A stretch of DNA of 32,000 nucleotides. It comes from Planctomycetales bacterium. GTDB lineage: Bacteria; 4484-113; JAFGCY01. This document shows, in pieces, positions 15,758 through 26,094 of this stretch (positions are counted from its first letter, which is position 1; each line of letters starts with the position of its first letter). The notes under the pieces are model-generated. The model saw only the letters and a program-made list of their open reading frames with translations, was not told the DNA's origin and did no database searches. The translations under genes were made by a program, and so were the position numbers. The stretch spans positions 1,890,001 to 1,922,000 of the forward strand of contig CP060262.1 of the NCBI GenBank assembly GCA_022646745.1. The letters are read 5' to 3'.

Positions 15758-18700
15758 ATGAAGACTCACGTGAACTGGTGTAAGCACCTCGGGCTTTCGC
15801 TCGTGGCGCTTACGGTAGTCTTCGTAGCAGCTTCCTGCGGTGGTAACGGCGGCGGTCTTTCGACGAATGTCGAGACCCAGACCGGTACCTCCAACACCGT
15901 GATCGACGGAGGTCGCAACGGTGTTGTATCAGCGGAGCTTACCGTCTCTGAGAATGAGATCGGCAAGCTCAGTGCTGAGCAGCAGGCACTGCTTTCAGAC
16001 GCGGGCTGGAACCAGCCCTACATCGTCCCCAAGGCCGGCACCCCGATCCAGGGCCCGAGCCATGAGATGCTGATGGCACAGCTTCGTGAGATGGCTGAGC
16101 GCGGCGTCGAGATGCTGCCCCGCGGCGTCGAGGGAGAAGGCACGAAGGGAGCCAGCTGGCTGGACCAGCGCGGCTTCAACCCGGGCGTTGACAGTGGCCT
16201 TGTGAAGGGCCAGTACAAGCCCGCCGACACCGGCGCCAACGGCGTGCCGGACTTCGGTTGCAACGCCTCCGGTGCGCTGATGGCTGACAACGGCCAGTCC
16301 GACATCGAGGACGTGATCTTCGCCTACGGCGGCAGCATGCCGGCCCAGGCGATCAGCTGGGTGGCTGAGGGTCTGTCGACCATCAACCACTTCAACAGCG
16401 TCGGTGGTGGTGGTGACGATGCGTACACCGCCGTTTACCAGCTGTTCGCTGACAGCGAGACCGCGAACCCGAGCAACCAGGGCAACAACGACATCGGTGA
16501 GATCGGCTACCGTGCCGACCTCGGCCCCTACGGCATCGGTTACGGCCAGGGCAGCGGCCCCAGCGGCACGCTGTGCGACGGAACCGCCTACGGTGTCCGC
16601 AATGCGTTCTGGATGACCTTCAACGAGAAGTTCTTCGCCCTGCCGAGCGGCCAGGCGACTGCCCTGTACAACGTGCTGATCGCCCCCAGCGGTGATGAGG
16701 GTGCGGACCAGGTCAGCCCGATGGACACCTCCGCGAACTTCCAGACCTTCTACTTTGGCAACGTGTCCTCCTGCTACGGGGATGCGATGATCGTCGGCAT
16801 CAACGCCGCTGACAGCGGTTGCGACATGTTCGACGAGGCCTCCAATGCGCCGTGGCAGGACCGTACGGCGGATGGCAACAGCTACCCGAACATCCTGCAC
16901 AACCCGATCTTCGGCGTGATCCTGGCCCGCTGGGCCGGCGGCAACGCCAACTCCAACAGCCAGTTCTTCGGCGACGGCAGCTTCCCGAGTGCCGCCAGCA
17001 CGATTGGCTGGCCCGTGGCCCGTCCGTTCGCATACAACAACGGCGCCGCGCTGCTCAATGCCAACGGTGCCTACTACGCCTTCGGCCAGTTCTTCGAGAA
17101 GGGTTTCATGTGGTGGATCGACTACGACCAGAACAGCAACCCGACCGCGAGCGACGAAGCGCAGATGTACGTCTACGATGGCAACAACACCTTCTGCGAG
17201 GGTGAGTACTCCAAGGTCGAGCCCGACGTGTTCTACGGCGGCGCTGGCGACCTCGGTGTCGGCGTGACCGTTGACGGCGTTCGCTACGGCGGCGGCGACT
17301 GGTCCGCCCCGCAGCTGTCCGACGACGGTACCTATTACCAGATCGGCATGCTGCTGGACGAGAACACCGGCATCAGCAGCGTGACCATCGCTGCCAGCGC
17401 GCACGGCTTCGGCGGTGTGACGGCTGACGGTGCCGATGTGGGCCACCCCGAGTGGGGCGCCTGCCTGTACAAGCACAGCACATGGTCATGGCGTGACGGT
17501 ACGGTCACGGCAGCCGGCACGGCCTTCGATCCGAGCCAGTTCGCCCGTACCCACACCTACAGCAGCAATGCGATCAAGACCAATGTCGAGGGTGTGTACA
17601 CGATCCGTAACCAGGTCGTGGACGCCGATGACACCTTCGCCTACGGCGACAGCCTTCCGATGCACCTCGGACACGGCGGCGCCGGTGGTGGCGGTGGCGA
17701 CACCGAAGTCTGGGTCATCCGCAACGACGGCGGTGACTTCCAGCTCAACCTCGACGCCCTGACCGGCGACCTTGACGCCCTTGGCGTTGGCTACAGCGTG
17801 GTCGACTACAGCGCAACCGTCGCTGACGACTTCGCTGCCAACCCGAACGCGAAGGTCGCGATCTGGTACCGTGGTGGACCGGGTGGCGCGGGTGAGTCCG
17901 CGACCTACACCACCGCCTGGACCAGCGGTGAGATGGACAACTACATCCAGCTGATGAGCGACGGCTTCGGCGTGATGCTGATGAGCCAGAACCACGGCTA
18001 CGATGGAGACCTGTTCTTCACCAACGGTTGGAGTGGTATCTACGGTTATGCGACCCTGCCGGCTTCCGTCCCGGATGCCGACCGCCGCATGCCCTGGGCC
18101 TCCAGCCTGTGCACCGATGACGGTATCGGTTTCGGTGGAACCCTTGGTTTCATCCCGACCGCCCCGAGCAACTTCATCGGTAACCCGAGCGGCGCTAACT
18201 TCGGTGCCGACGGTACCAACGCCGCGGAGCGCTACACCGGTAGTGGTTCCTCGGGCGAGCTGCCGATCAGCTTCGGCATGGCAACCGGCCGCCAGTACTG
18301 CGGTATCGGTTACTACAGCTCCTTCTTCGCGGGCTCCTGCGCAGGTCCGGCCTTCCGTGCCGGTATCGGCCACCAGCCCAACGCGCTTGGCTTCGACCTG
18401 GGCTTCCTGTCCTGGGGTAACAGCCAGGCCCCGGATGCCAACATCGGCTTCTTCCCGAGCTACAGCCACAGCTTCGGCACCGGCAAGGTGTGGAACGTTG
18501 GCTACAGCTGGGCAGGCACCAGTGTGACGGCTTCCGCTTCCGGCACGATGGACCGCGCTGACCTGCTGAACAACATCCTCGGTTGGCTGGATGACAGCCT
18601 GACCTTCGGTGGCGGCGGCGGCGGTGGCGCCGGTTTCGAGGAGTACGATGGTCCTCCGGAGATCGTCTGCGTGACCCCGATCGCCTGGGACAAGGTGAAC

Positions 18701-20587
18701 GGCGCTGTGACGCAGGGTACCGCCGGTGTGGGTGGCCAGAACTACCCCGACCCGAACGGTTCCAACGTCTTCGGTCCGGATGTGACCCCCGGCTTCGATT
18801 ACGCTGTCGAGTACAACACCGGCGTCCGTACCCCGGGCGACGATGACGGCGGCCTGAATGGCAACGACCTTGACTTCCAGTTCCCGTTCTACGGTTACAT
18901 GGAGTGGAACGACGCCCTCGGCGCCATCCCCGGCACCGTGGAGCCCGCTGAGATCGTCGATGTCAACTACAGCGGTATCGCCCTGAGCGACATCTCCGCT
19001 GACTGGACCAAGTTCAACGCTCCCTACGGTGGTGTGTTTGATCCTTCCGCCCTTGGCCTGAACCCGGCTGCCGCCTGGTTCCTGACCGAGACTGACACTT
19101 TCGGCAACATCAACACCGCCAGCTACGGCGATGCCTTCGGCCCGAACCTGGTGTTCAACAACGACACCGACCTGGTTGCCACCGAGGCGATCGCGCACTG
19201 GGCACAGGGCACGATGTACGGCGGCTCCCCGGCGTACCTCGCCTGGGCGATGTTCCCCGGCCACAAGAGCGTGAAGTACAACGGTGGCGGTACCGCCGTC
19301 GGTTACTACACTGAGGGTGGCATCCTGTGGGAAGAGTTCATCGAGGACCACGACATTGAGGCTGGCCGCGACCTGTGGGCCTACCTGCGCAGCGACTACT
19401 CCTTCACCACCCCCGGTGAGGGCCGTACCGTTGACTTCGACTACGGCACCGTGCTTGGCTTCAATGGCGACCTGAACCGCAACGGCGTGTTCGGTGAGGC
19501 CGCTGACAAGTTCCCGGTGCGTGTCCGCTTCTTCACCGATGTGGACGTCTACGACGATTACTTCGATGACCTGAACGGTTACCCGAACTTCTGGCCTGAT
19601 GGCGACTCCTTCATCGAGGGTGGTTGCTACATGGTGGACGAGGGCGACCCGAACTACCCCGTCAGCATCTTCGATGACGCTGATGAGGAGGACCCGACTG
19701 ACACCGTCGCCGGTGCCGGTCCCTACGATGTTGACCTGTTCTTCGAGATCGCTTACGGCGTCGGTCCCTACGATGTCGACCTCGACTGGAACTACAACTT
19801 CGTCCTGTTCGGCGGCAGCGGCAACACCCAGCCCGTCGGCACCTACCCGGCTGCCGGCAAGTGGGGCGAGACCGTCTCCGTTGACCCGACCCCCGCTGGT
19901 GGTAACGGTAACTACACCTTCGCCCTGATGGTGACCGATGCCAACAACGACACCGACGAGTTCTTCTGGCCCGATCCGGTGCCGCTGTTCCCCGCCTGGT
20001 ACTTCGGCGACAACATGTCCGCTTACGCGAACACGAACGACGCCCTGGCCGCCGGCTGGACCCGCAGCAACACCAACGCCACCCAGTGGTACATCGGTCC
20101 CCAGTGGGACGGCTTCTCCGGTCCGTTCTTCGGCATCATGAGCAGCCCGGCTGTGATCGGTGAGTGGGGCGGCCAGATGTGGCACTGCAACGACGGCACG
20201 GGCCTGGAGTACCAGAACAACGCCCAGGCCGGCCTGCGTAGCCCCGCCTTCAACGTCAGCAGCGGTACCCCGTGGCTGCACTACCGCGTCTGCCTCGACA
20301 TGGAGGACCAGACCTGGGAGCACTTCTATCATGGTGCCTCCGGCGGTTCTGCTGCCAGTGCGACCCAGACCACCTGGAGCAACGGCTTCCAGGAGATCGG
20401 TCACACCATCGATGGTTTCGGCGTGAACTCCAGCACCCAGCAGCATTGGCAGATGGGTGGCGTGACCGCTGGTACCCGCTACATCCACTTCCGCTTCACG
20501 GCTGATTCCTCAATCAACTGGTGGAGTGGTAGCCACGTGGACGGCATCTACGTTACCGACGGCAACTTCCCGCCGGTCGGTAGCTAA
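15758..20587 (+). CDS. Giant secreted lipoprotein, paralog C (1609 aa). Unknown family, C-terminal cassette type 2 (divergent from that of B).
   Basis: ATG at 15758 follows TAGGAGAG. N-terminus MKTHVNWCKHLGLSLVALTVVFVAASCGGNGGG has signal peptide and lipobox. It is collinear with paralog B without indels through at least 18678. Stop is TAA at 20585-20587, followed by a terminator. Confidence 0.85.
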   Translation: MKTHVNWCKHLGLSLVALTVVFVAASCGGNGGGLSTNVETQTGTSNTVIDGGRNGVVSAELTVSENEIGKLSAEQQALLSDAGWNQPYIVPKAGTPIQGPSHEMLMAQLREMAERGVEMLPRGVEGEGTKGASWLDQRGFNPGVDSGLVKGQYKPADTGANGVPDFGCNASGALMADNGQSDIEDVIFAYGGSMPAQAISWVAEGLSTINHFNSVGGGGDDAYTAVYQLFADSETANPSNQGNNDIGEIGYRADLGPYGIGYGQGSGPSGTLCDGTAYGVRNAFWMTFNEKFFALPSGQATALYNVLIAPSGDEGADQVSPMDTSANFQTFYFGNVSSCYGDAMIVGINAADSGCDMFDEASNAPWQDRTADGNSYPNILHNPIFGVILARWAGGNANSNSQFFGDGSFPSAASTIGWPVARPFAYNNGAALLNANGAYYAFGQFFEKGFMWWIDYDQNSNPTASDEAQMYVYDGNNTFCEGEYSKVEPDVFYGGAGDLGVGVTVDGVRYGGGDWSAPQLSDDGTYYQIGMLLDENTGISSVTIAASAHGFGGVTADGADVGHPEWGACLYKHSTWSWRDGTVTAAGTAFDPSQFARTHTYSSNAIKTNVEGVYTIRNQVVDADDTFAYGDSLPMHLGHGGAGGGGGDTEVWVIRNDGGDFQLNLDALTGDLDALGVGYSVVDYSATVADDFAANPNAKVAIWYRGGPGGAGESATYTTAWTSGEMDNYIQLMSDGFGVMLMSQNHGYDGDLFFTNGWSGIYGYATLPASVPDADRRMPWASSLCTDDGIGFGGTLGFIPTAPSNFIGNPSGANFGADGTNAAERYTGSGSSGELPISFGMATGRQYCGIGYYSSFFAGSCAGPAFRAGIGHQPNALGFDLGFLSWGNSQAPDANIGFFPSYSHSFGTGKVWNVGYSWAGTSVTASASGTMDRADLLNNILGWLDDSLTFGGGGGGGAGFEEYDGPPEIVCVTPIAWDKVNGAVTQGTAGVGGQNYPDPNGSNVFGPDVTPGFDYAVEYNTGVRTPGDDDGGLNGNDLDFQFPFYGYMEWNDALGAIPGTVEPAEIVDVNYSGIALSDISADWTKFNAPYGGVFDPSALGLNPAAAWFLTETDTFGNINTASYGDAFGPNLVFNNDTDLVATEAIAHWAQGTMYGGSPAYLAWAMFPGHKSVKYNGGGTAVGYYTEGGILWEEFIEDHDIEAGRDLWAYLRSDYSFTTPGEGRTVDFDYGTVLGFNGDLNRNGVFGEAADKFPVRVRFFTDVDVYDDYFDDLNGYPNFWPDGDSFIEGGCYMVDEGDPNYPVSIFDDADEEDPTDTVAGAGPYDVDLFFEIAYGVGPYDVDLDWNYNFVLFGGSGNTQPVGTYPAAGKWGETVSVDPTPAGGNGNYTFALMVTDANNDTDEFFWPDPVPLFPAWYFGDNMSAYANTNDALAAGWTRSNTNATQWYIGPQWDGFSGPFFGIMSSPAVIGEWGGQMWHCNDGTGLEYQNNAQAGLRSPAFNVSSGTPWLHYRVCLDMEDQTWEHFYHGASGGSAASATQTTWSNGFQEIGHTIDGFGVNSSTQQHWQMGGVTAGTRYIHFRFTADSSINWWSGSHVDGIYVTDGNFPPVGS
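15942..18678 (+). repeat. Copy 3 of the near-identical 2.7-kb intragenic repeat (about 99% identical to copies 1 and 2).
   Basis: Offset is +15941 from copy 1 with no indels. Only a handful of substitutions are visible: protein changes NANSD>NANSN, SIVG>STIG, GAGDW>GGGDW, DNIAYG>DTFAYG, plus a few synonymous sites. Confidence 0.85.
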
Positions 20588-20618
20588 GCTGCCTCGAGCC
20601 TGATCGACTGAATCGATT

Positions 20619-20648
20619 GCCCCCGGGGCCTGTCCCCGGGGGCTTTTT
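20619..20648 (+). terminator. Rho-independent terminator of giant paralog C.
   Basis: Stem gcccccgggg (20619-20628), loop cctgt, stem ccccgggggc (20634-20643), then ttttt. Homologous to 10044-10073, including the flanking gagcctgatcgactgaatcgatt. Confidence 0.85.
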
Positions 20649-20684
20649 CATGAATAATTGAAGTAAAAAGGCCGTCTAAGTAAC

Positions 20685-21899
20685 ATGCCCCCGATCCATC
20701 CCGCGATCCGTAACATATCCGTAGCCATCCTGCTGGGCCTGCTGGCTGGCTGTCCCGCCGGGCAAACCGGTGAAAGCGGTTCCACCAATGTGGATGCCGC
20801 CACTGCAGATGCAAACCCCGCAGCCGATGCTGAGAAGCAGGCTGATGCGGGAACAGATGCACAGGCTGCCCCAGCCGGGCAGGAAAACATGACCTGGCGC
20901 GCCTACATCGATCCGAAGATGTCGATGGAGGAGATCGAGGCGCTCAGTGAGGAGGATGCCCGCGCCAAGCTGGAAGAGCTGGGTGTGCCATTCGAGGCCT
21001 TCAACTTCCACGAGGCGATTGAAATGGACCCGCTCGAGCTGTGCGCGCTGTTCCTGCAGGCCGGCATGCCGGTGGACAGCCCCAACATGGCAGGCGTATC
21101 CCCGCTGCAGGCAGCCTCATACCAGCAGAAGATAGAGCATATGAAGTTGTTCATTGAGCATGGCGCGGACATCAACTACGAGGACCCGCGCTTCCGGGCC
21201 ACCCCGGTGGACTTCGCCGTTGGCAGTGGCAACATGGAGGTGCTGCAGATCCTGCTGGACCAGGGGGCCGACCCCGCCGGCGGAAGCCAGTCGCGCCCGA
21301 TCCTGATTGACGCGATCGAGTCCGGCAGCCTGGAGATGTTCAACTTCATCTATGGGAAGTTCCCGGATGTGACAGTGACCGACCGCACCGGCCAGGGTAC
21401 GCTGATGAACGCCTGCCTGACGGGCCACCTGGATATCGCGCAGCGACTGGTGGAGCTCGGGGCGGAGATCAACCAGATTGAGCCGCAGGGAGGCACTCCG
21501 CTGGCGGCGGCGGCCTACCGCGGCAACTGGGACGTGTTCGACTTCCTGCTGCAGCATGGTGCGGACCCGATGCAGAGCTACCGCGGCAACCGCAACCTGC
21601 TGTTCGAGTTCGGCTACCACCAGGACTATCCGCATGAGCTGGCCGAACAGCTGATCGAACAGGGCATGGACATCAACCAGCAGGATGAACGCAGTGGAGT
21701 AACGCCACTGATCAATGCGGCAAACAATGCGAACATGGACCTCGTGAAGCTGTTGCTGGACCATGATGCGGACCCTGACAAGCGCGATGTGAATGGCATG
21801 AGTGCCTGTGACTTCGCGAAGTTCACGGAGAACGGCGACATGGTGCTGCTGTTCAGCAAGTACGGCATCACCAGTGAGCGGGAGTTCCCCCAGCAGTAG
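20685..21899 (+). CDS. Ankyrin-repeat lipoprotein (404 aa), paralog 2.
   Basis: N-terminus MPPIHPAIRNISVAILLGLLAGCPAGQ has a canonical LAGC lipobox. An acidic A/D-rich linker is followed by ankyrin-like repeats (GVSPLQAASYQQKIEHMKLFIEHGADINYED, ATPVDFAVGSGNMEVLQILLDQGADP, GTLMNACLTGHLDIAQRLVELGAEIN, GTPLAAAAYRGNWDVFDFLLQHGADP, VTPLINAANNANMDLVKLLLDHDADPDKRD). Only distantly similar to the 10141-11409 product. Confidence 0.85.
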   Translation: MPPIHPAIRNISVAILLGLLAGCPAGQTGESGSTNVDAATADANPAADAEKQADAGTDAQAAPAGQENMTWRAYIDPKMSMEEIEALSEEDARAKLEELGVPFEAFNFHEAIEMDPLELCALFLQAGMPVDSPNMAGVSPLQAASYQQKIEHMKLFIEHGADINYEDPRFRATPVDFAVGSGNMEVLQILLDQGADPAGGSQSRPILIDAIESGSLEMFNFIYGKFPDVTVTDRTGQGTLMNACLTGHLDIAQRLVELGAEINQIEPQGGTPLAAAAYRGNWDVFDFLLQHGADPMQSYRGNRNLLFEFGYHQDYPHELAEQLIEQGMDINQQDERSGVTPLINAANNANMDLVKLLLDHDADPDKRDVNGMSACDFAKFTENGDMVLLFSKYGITSEREFPQQ

Positions 21900-21902
21900 C
21901 CA

Positions 21903-21923
21903 CAGGCTCTGCTGTGCTAGAAT
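21903..21923 (+). promoter_or_regulatory. Putative extended -10 promoter for FG-GAP/ASPIC gene 2.
   Basis: caggctctgcTGtgcTAGAAT, with TAGAAT at 21918-21923. Shares the block found at 11551-11573. No terminator lies between the ank2 stop (21899) and this site. Confidence 0.4.
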
Positions 21924-22019
21924 GCAGCAGGAGCGGGACTGTTCAGCCCAGGCCGCCCCTGACCAGACATTGAATTCCAGACCGGCAGCCCAACTGCCGG
22001 CGGGCCCGAGAGGAAGGAC

Positions 22020-25000
22020 ATGCGACGGATACTGATTATCTGCGGCCTGGCGCTGATGCTGGCCGCCTCATGCGCTGACAAGCAGCAGGCCGGCAGCGCC
22101 GGCAAGCCCGCTGACTCCACCCGGCAGCAGACAGCCCAGGTTGATGGTGCATCGCTCTATGCCGACTATCCAGCCAGCGACGCCCTGGTGGAACAGCAGG
22201 CCCTGCCCGCCCCCGGGGGCAGCGGCAGCTTCGTCAAGCTTGAACCCTCGGAAACCGGGATGGACTTCGTCGGCCTGGCTGAGAGCCGTGAGCTGCTGCT
22301 GGATGACGTCGGTTCACAGGCCGGCATGGCGGCGGCGGACTACGACGGCGATGGCGACATCGACATCTACCTCTGTGGCATAGAGAATGACAACCAGCTG
22401 TACCGCAATGAGGGCGACTGGAAGTTCACCGACGTGACGGACGAAGTGAACCCGGAGCTGCGCGTGAGCGGTGAGCTAGCTGGCAGCGCGGTGTTCTTCG
22501 ACATCAATGGCGACCGGCTGCTGGACCTCTACGTCGCGGTGCGCGGCGGGAAGAACCGGCTGTTCATCAACGGTGGCGACGGCAGCTTCAGCGAGCAGGC
22601 CGCGCAGTACGGGCTTGACACGGAGCGCAGCACGATCGTGAGCGCGATCTTTGACCTTGACAACGACGGCGACCTGGACATCTACAACGCCAACAACCGC
22701 AAGGGACGCAACGAGGACGGCATGGTGGAGGAGGAGCGTGGCAACGCGCGCTACTTCGGCTTCTTCCTCAACCCGGAGACCGGCGAGCGAATCCTGGACG
22801 ATGAGTCAAGCCAGACGCACTACATGGACAATTCCGGCAAGATCCGCCTGAAGCCCGACAGCGATGAGTTCTTCATCAACAAGGGTGAGGGCAAGTTTGT
22901 CAACGACGCCTCCACGATCGGCGTGCGGCCTGACGGCTGGTCACTGAATGCACTGGCCTGTGACTTCAACAACGACGGCTGGATCGACCTGCAGGTCAGC
23001 GGCGACTTCGACACACCCGACTGGTACTACCTGAACAATGGCAACGGCTACCTCAAGGAGATGGGCCGTACGATGCTGCGTGTCAACTCCTTCTTCGGGA
23101 TGGGCAGCGACGCCGGCGACCTGGACCGCAACGGCTGGATGGACTACATGGTGGGCGACATGTCCGCCACCGGCTACAAGGACAGCAAGAAGCAGAGCGG
23201 CGACATGAACATCTCGCGCTATGAGCTGTCCAACTTCACGCCGCAGCCGAACATGCGCAACACGGTGATGCTGAACCGCGGTGACGGCTGGATGAGCGAG
23301 GCCGCCGCCTTCCTCGGGGTGAAGAGCTCCGACTGGACCTGGAGCGTGCGCCTGGCGGACCTCGACAGCGACGGCCTGCTGGACATCCTCGCCACCAACG
23401 GCTACCTGAATTCCTCGATTGAATATGACGTGCAGCGCCACATCAAGGAAATGCGCGAGCAGGGAGCCAGCCAGGAGGAGATTGACAACTACTGGCTGTC
23501 CACCCCGGGGCTCAAGACGGATGACATCATTTTCACGGCGAGCGAGCCGCTGAACTACGGGAAGGCCCCGGACAACTGGGGGATCCATGACCAGGCGGTG
23601 TCCTGCGGCTGCATCCTGCAGGACCTGGACGGTGACGGCGACCTCGACTTCGTCGTAAACAACACGAACGAGCAGCTCGGTGTGTACCGCAATGAGGTCG
23701 GCAGCGGCAACCAGGTGCTGATCGACCTGCGCCAGGACGGCCCGAACCATGAGGCGATCGGCGCGCGTGTGGTCGCCTGGTGCGGTGGTGAGCAGTACAT
23801 GCAGGACGTGATCCTTACTCGCGGCTATGCCAGCAGCGAAAGCAGCCGGATCCACCTCGGGCTCGGCAGGCATGAGAAGATTGACGAGCTGTGGATCCGC
23901 TGGCCCGGTAACCAGGCCGAGGTGCTGCGCGACCTTGACGTGAACATGCACTACACGATCACGCGTGGCAGCCAGATGAAAGACGTGTCGCAGCCGGCAG
24001 CCCGGCAGACCCTGTTCAGCCAGGAGGAACTGGCATGGGAGCAACAGGAGGCGGATACCTTTGACGCGGAGTTCGACGCCGAGCCGCTGCTGCCTGTGCG
24101 ACGCAGCACGCTTGGCACGGGACTCGGCGTGGCGGACATCAACCTAGACGGGCAGCTGGATGTGTACTTCACCGGTGCGGAGGGACAGGCCGGCAAGCTG
24201 TACCTCGGCCGCGGGGACGGCACGCTGGTGGGCAGCCCGATGCTTGACCAGGTGGTGGAGCCGCGCCAGGAGAACATGGAACCGCTGCTGTTCGAAGCCA
24301 ATGGCGACGGCCGGCCGGACCTGCTGCTGACCAGCGGCAGCAACGAGGAGCCCGGCGGCAGCAACTACTACATCGACAGGCTGGTCATGAACGAGGAGGA
24401 TGGCTTCAAGCTGGGGGTGATGTCCGTGGCCCCGGCTTCCTCCGGCAGCGCCTGTGCCTCAGACATTGACAATGACGGCGACCTCGACCTGTTCATCGCG
24501 GGCCGGCAGAAGCCCGGCGAGTACCTGCGCCCCGAGGTTTCGAACATCCTTGAGAATGACGGTACCGGCAGGTTCACGCTGGCCACTGGCCGGATCGCTC
24601 CCGGCATCACTGAGGTCGGCCCGATCTCCGATGCGATCTTCGCAGATCTCAACGGGGACGGGCGGCAGGACCTGGTGCTGGCGGTCGAGTTCGGCAGCAT
24701 CGAGTGGTGGGCCAACAATGACGGCCTGCTGGTGCGCCAGGGCCCGGTCAGTGCAAGCGGGACCTGGCAGTCGCTGGCAAGCGGCGACTTCGACAATGAC
24801 GGCGACATGGACCTGCTGGCCGGCAACTACGGCCTGAACACGAAGTACCACCCGAGTGCCGACAAGCCCTACCTGATCATCGCGGATGACTTTGACAACA
24901 ATGGCACACGCGACCTGGTTGAGGTCAAGTTCGGCAGCGACGGCACGCTGCTGCCGGGACGCGGCCGCAGCTGCTCCGGTTACGCAATCAACACGATCCC

Positions 25001-25754
25001 ACAGAAGTTCCCGACCTGGGAGATGTTCGCCGACGCCACGCTCGAGGATGTTTACGGGCCGATCGAGGAAGTAGCTGAGCGTTACTCCGCGGAGGAAGTG
25101 CGCAGCATGCTGCTCGTGAATGACGGGCATGGCAGTTTCAGTGCCCAGCCCCTGCCAAAGGAAGCGCAGTACAGCATCGTGTTCGGCATGGCGACCGGCG
25201 ACTTTGACAACGATGGCAACCTGGACGCCTGGCTGAACCAGAACTACCGCAACTCGCAGCCGGAGGAGACCCGCTGGCTGACGGGCTACGGCTGCCTGCT
25301 GCTCGGTGATGGCCAGGGCGGATTCAGAAATGTCGAGCACCTTGATTCCGGCATCCTGCTGAATGCCGAGGGCCGTGGCGCTGTGGCCGCGGACCTGAAT
25401 GGCGACCAGTGCCTGGACATCGTGATGAGCGTCAGCTCGGCGCACCCCCAGGTGGCCTGGAGCCAGCCGGGCAGCAGCCAAGGCCGTGGCCTGCTGGTAT
25501 CAGTGGCCGGGCCGGCAGGCAACCCGACGGGCGTTGGTGCGAAGCTCAGCCTTGAACTGGACAACGGCAGCGTGCTGCACCGTGAGGTGCAGGCCGGGCA
25601 TACCTTCCTGTCCAGTTACGTGGGGCCGCAGCACTTCGGCATTCCGGATGGCAGCAAGCCGCTGAAGCTTACTGTCAGCTGGCCGGACGGCGGCAGCACT
25701 GAACTGGCGGATTTCGGCGATGTCTCGAAGGTGATCGTCAGCCGCGGAAACTAG
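22020..25754 (+). CDS. FG-GAP/VCBS repeat + ASPIC/UnbV domain lipoprotein, CRTAC1-like (1244 aa), paralog 2.
   Basis: ATG at 22020 follows GAGAGGAAGGA. N-terminus MRRILIICGLALMLAASCADKQ has signal peptide and lipobox. It has the same two-fold [FG-GAP propeller repeats + UnbV/ASPIC] architecture as 11708-15430 and is collinear with it. Confidence 0.9.
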   Translation: MRRILIICGLALMLAASCADKQQAGSAGKPADSTRQQTAQVDGASLYADYPASDALVEQQALPAPGGSGSFVKLEPSETGMDFVGLAESRELLLDDVGSQAGMAAADYDGDGDIDIYLCGIENDNQLYRNEGDWKFTDVTDEVNPELRVSGELAGSAVFFDINGDRLLDLYVAVRGGKNRLFINGGDGSFSEQAAQYGLDTERSTIVSAIFDLDNDGDLDIYNANNRKGRNEDGMVEEERGNARYFGFFLNPETGERILDDESSQTHYMDNSGKIRLKPDSDEFFINKGEGKFVNDASTIGVRPDGWSLNALACDFNNDGWIDLQVSGDFDTPDWYYLNNGNGYLKEMGRTMLRVNSFFGMGSDAGDLDRNGWMDYMVGDMSATGYKDSKKQSGDMNISRYELSNFTPQPNMRNTVMLNRGDGWMSEAAAFLGVKSSDWTWSVRLADLDSDGLLDILATNGYLNSSIEYDVQRHIKEMREQGASQEEIDNYWLSTPGLKTDDIIFTASEPLNYGKAPDNWGIHDQAVSCGCILQDLDGDGDLDFVVNNTNEQLGVYRNEVGSGNQVLIDLRQDGPNHEAIGARVVAWCGGEQYMQDVILTRGYASSESSRIHLGLGRHEKIDELWIRWPGNQAEVLRDLDVNMHYTITRGSQMKDVSQPAARQTLFSQEELAWEQQEADTFDAEFDAEPLLPVRRSTLGTGLGVADINLDGQLDVYFTGAEGQAGKLYLGRGDGTLVGSPMLDQVVEPRQENMEPLLFEANGDGRPDLLLTSGSNEEPGGSNYYIDRLVMNEEDGFKLGVMSVAPASSGSACASDIDNDGDLDLFIAGRQKPGEYLRPEVSNILENDGTGRFTLATGRIAPGITEVGPISDAIFADLNGDGRQDLVLAVEFGSIEWWANNDGLLVRQGPVSASGTWQSLASGDFDNDGDMDLLAGNYGLNTKYHPSADKPYLIIADDFDNNGTRDLVEVKFGSDGTLLPGRGRSCSGYAINTIPQKFPTWEMFADATLEDVYGPIEEVAERYSAEEVRSMLLVNDGHGSFSAQPLPKEAQYSIVFGMATGDFDNDGNLDAWLNQNYRNSQPEETRWLTGYGCLLLGDGQGGFRNVEHLDSGILLNAEGRGAVAADLNGDQCLDIVMSVSSAHPQVAWSQPGSSQGRGLLVSVAGPAGNPTGVGAKLSLELDNGSVLHREVQAGHTFLSSYVGPQHFGIPDGSKPLKLTVSWPDGGSTELADFGDVSKVIVSRGN

Positions 25755-25780
25755 TCAGCACCAGTCAATCGATGGCAACC

Positions 25781-25808
25781 GGGAGTGCCTGCGGGCGCTC
25801 CCATTTTT
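25781..25808 (+). terminator. Rho-independent terminator of FG-GAP gene 2.
   Basis: Stem gggagtgc (25781-25788), loop ctgcgg, stem gcgctccc (25795-25802, one G-U pair), then attttt. Confidence 0.7.
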
Positions 25809-26094
25809 CCGCCGGAGGCTGCCCGGGGTGGCGGTGGAAGCGGTCCGGCATTACAATCTATGTACCTGAAACTGCATGGGCCGATGCGGAGTTAGGTGAA
25901 TGTGAACCCGGCTGAAGGATTCGCCGACGCGAATCCCACTAGAAGATCACATCCCCTGCAGCGGCCCGGCATTTGCCCGTCGCGGATCAGTCCCGGCGGC
26001 AGGATGGTGGGCAGGAAGACCCGCGGGCCGCAATCTCCATCCGGCCTGCTCAGATTCCACCGCCATGTAATTCCACAGTCCGCTGAGGAAAGAT